Assembly: GCA_964106645.2 (NCBI GenBank)
Contig: OZ067042.1
Reading direction: 5' to 3' (one strand)
Length of the DNA stretch: 64,000 bases
Source of the DNA: Podarcis pityusensis
Taxonomy: Eukaryota
Under the pieces are notes generated by a model. The model saw only the letters and a program-made list of their open reading frames with translations, was not told the origin of the DNA and ran no database searches. Numbering within the stretch: position 1 is the first letter of the stretch; each line of letters opens with the position of its first letter. A program made the translations under genes and the position numbers. This document shows positions 62,451-64,000 of this stretch, in pieces.

Positions 62451-64000
62451 CTGAGTGCTTTTCTTACAAATAGCATGTACAGAATATATGAGGAGTTTAA
62501 CAGATAAGCTCAGATACAAAATAGGGGCATCTTTTCTATTCAATAAATGTTATGAATTAATCATGAATTGTATTAATCAATTAAAACTGTGTAGCTTTAC
62601 ATATGAATAATAAAAAAGCTTTTTTGAAGGACAGGGTTATGTCAAAGTAGGTCACACTTGGAGTAGATCCAGTGGGCTTAAAATCACTCATAACTAACAA
62701 GTGCATTGATTTCAGTGGGTTTGCTCTGAGTGTGGTACAGCCCAATCTTTATTTCACTGATGATTATGTATGTTTATGTATCATAGAAGTCACCTTCTCA
62801 GAAGTGGCATCTCTAACTCGCGTCAGACAAAAGGGGAAATGCTTCTCATAAGATGGCACTAGTCACCTGCAGTTTTATAAACAATACATTGTGTGTGTGT
62901 GTGTGTGTGTTGCCTGGAAAATCAGTTTTTATTCAGTCACTCAAAAGGTGTGTGATCATGCATGCACTTGGGGCAGAAAAGGCTCCACTTCCTCCCATTT
63001 TTAAACACATAAATAAATCTTTGCATGTAAGAGGAATGCCTGATAACCTCCTTCTACCTCTAGGTCAGGATGAGAATATCTGGCTGGACTGCCAATATAA
63101 ATTCAATTATATACCATGGTAAAACAGTTTAGATCTCCAAAGATATCAATTACTTTGCTGGAAACCAGAGAGCAGATCAATAAGTGCAAAAGCAATTTTC
63201 AGAAACAGGCATATTTCTTTTTCTTGAAAGCAGAGTGGATAGGTGAATAGAACTACCTTTCTTATGCAGAACATTATGGAATTAGCGATGCAGCGTGACA
63301 ACCAACTGCAGTGATCTATTGGCACAATGGATTTCAATTTGTGTAAACAGGGCTCATTCTTCCTCCCCTACTCCAAGAATCTGCCCATGTTGCCCCTAAC
63401 ATATACTCTGAAGGCTTGGAGGACCCCTCTGGAGTAGATTGTGAGGTACGGCGACTGCAGGGAGAAGGGGAGGGGAGGCAATTTCATTGCATCTGCTGGT
63501 GAAATGTCAGATTTCATGCATAACTGGCTTCCTGTCCAATCACAATATTTTGAATTAGGTATCCCTTTAGATGGATAACATTTTGATTACGTTTGTTTGT
63601 TTGTTGTTTTTTTTAGCTAGCTAGTTAGCTTGATAGGTGCTCAACCACTTCCAAGGATTTAGGGTTCATCATTTAAAATCTGATCAGAACAGGGCCCACA
63701 TACCTGTTCCCAACTGAAATACTCCCAAAGTTGCAGAAAATATATGAGGAGAAAAAAATCCTATAGGGCTAACCACAGCTTTGTGGGTGAAATTAGGTCA
63801 GGAAAACAGCATGAAGAAAATAGTTCGAATTTACTCCAGCACTACTGCTCCAATCCCTCCACCCCCACTTACTGCTGTTTTAAAATGAAAATATTTGGAC
63901 ATACATAATGTGTAATTTAGCTTTATATTGCCTGGTAGCTGCATCCCACTAGTAAGCAGCTGCAATACAGATGAGGCAGAGGAACATTCACAACTCCTTC

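Overview
Eukaryotic, non-coding vertebrate DNA. The repeats (Sauria/Squam1 SINEs, a Squam3-type SINE, Squam2-like SINEs, L2, CR1, RTE and L1 remnants, TA- and 8-bp-TSD MITEs) point to a squamate reptile, most likely a lacertid lizard. This is inferred from recalled repeat consensus sequences, not from a search. I find no recognisable cellular protein-coding exon. Nearly all listed ORFs are chance ORFs; the only long real one (51576-52328) is the 3' end of a young, 5'-truncated L2 LINE. The window looks like part of a very large intron or gene desert, with a 199-N gap at 47593-47791. Two things stand out. (1) An ~815-bp LTR-like insertion (about 18477-19293) splits a Squam3 SINE without a target-site duplication. 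It has a CCAAT/TATA promoter and a polyA signal, and between them a dense RNA-structure domain of six hairpins closed by a perfect 14-bp long-range stem; a DIRS/Ngaro-type tyrosine-recombinase retroelement repeat is my best guess. (2) A candidate 24-nt minus-strand microexon (20050-20073) has a ~130-nt AG-free upstream zone and UGC motifs, and a second strong 3' splice site lies ~280 nt downstream. The host gene could not be identified.
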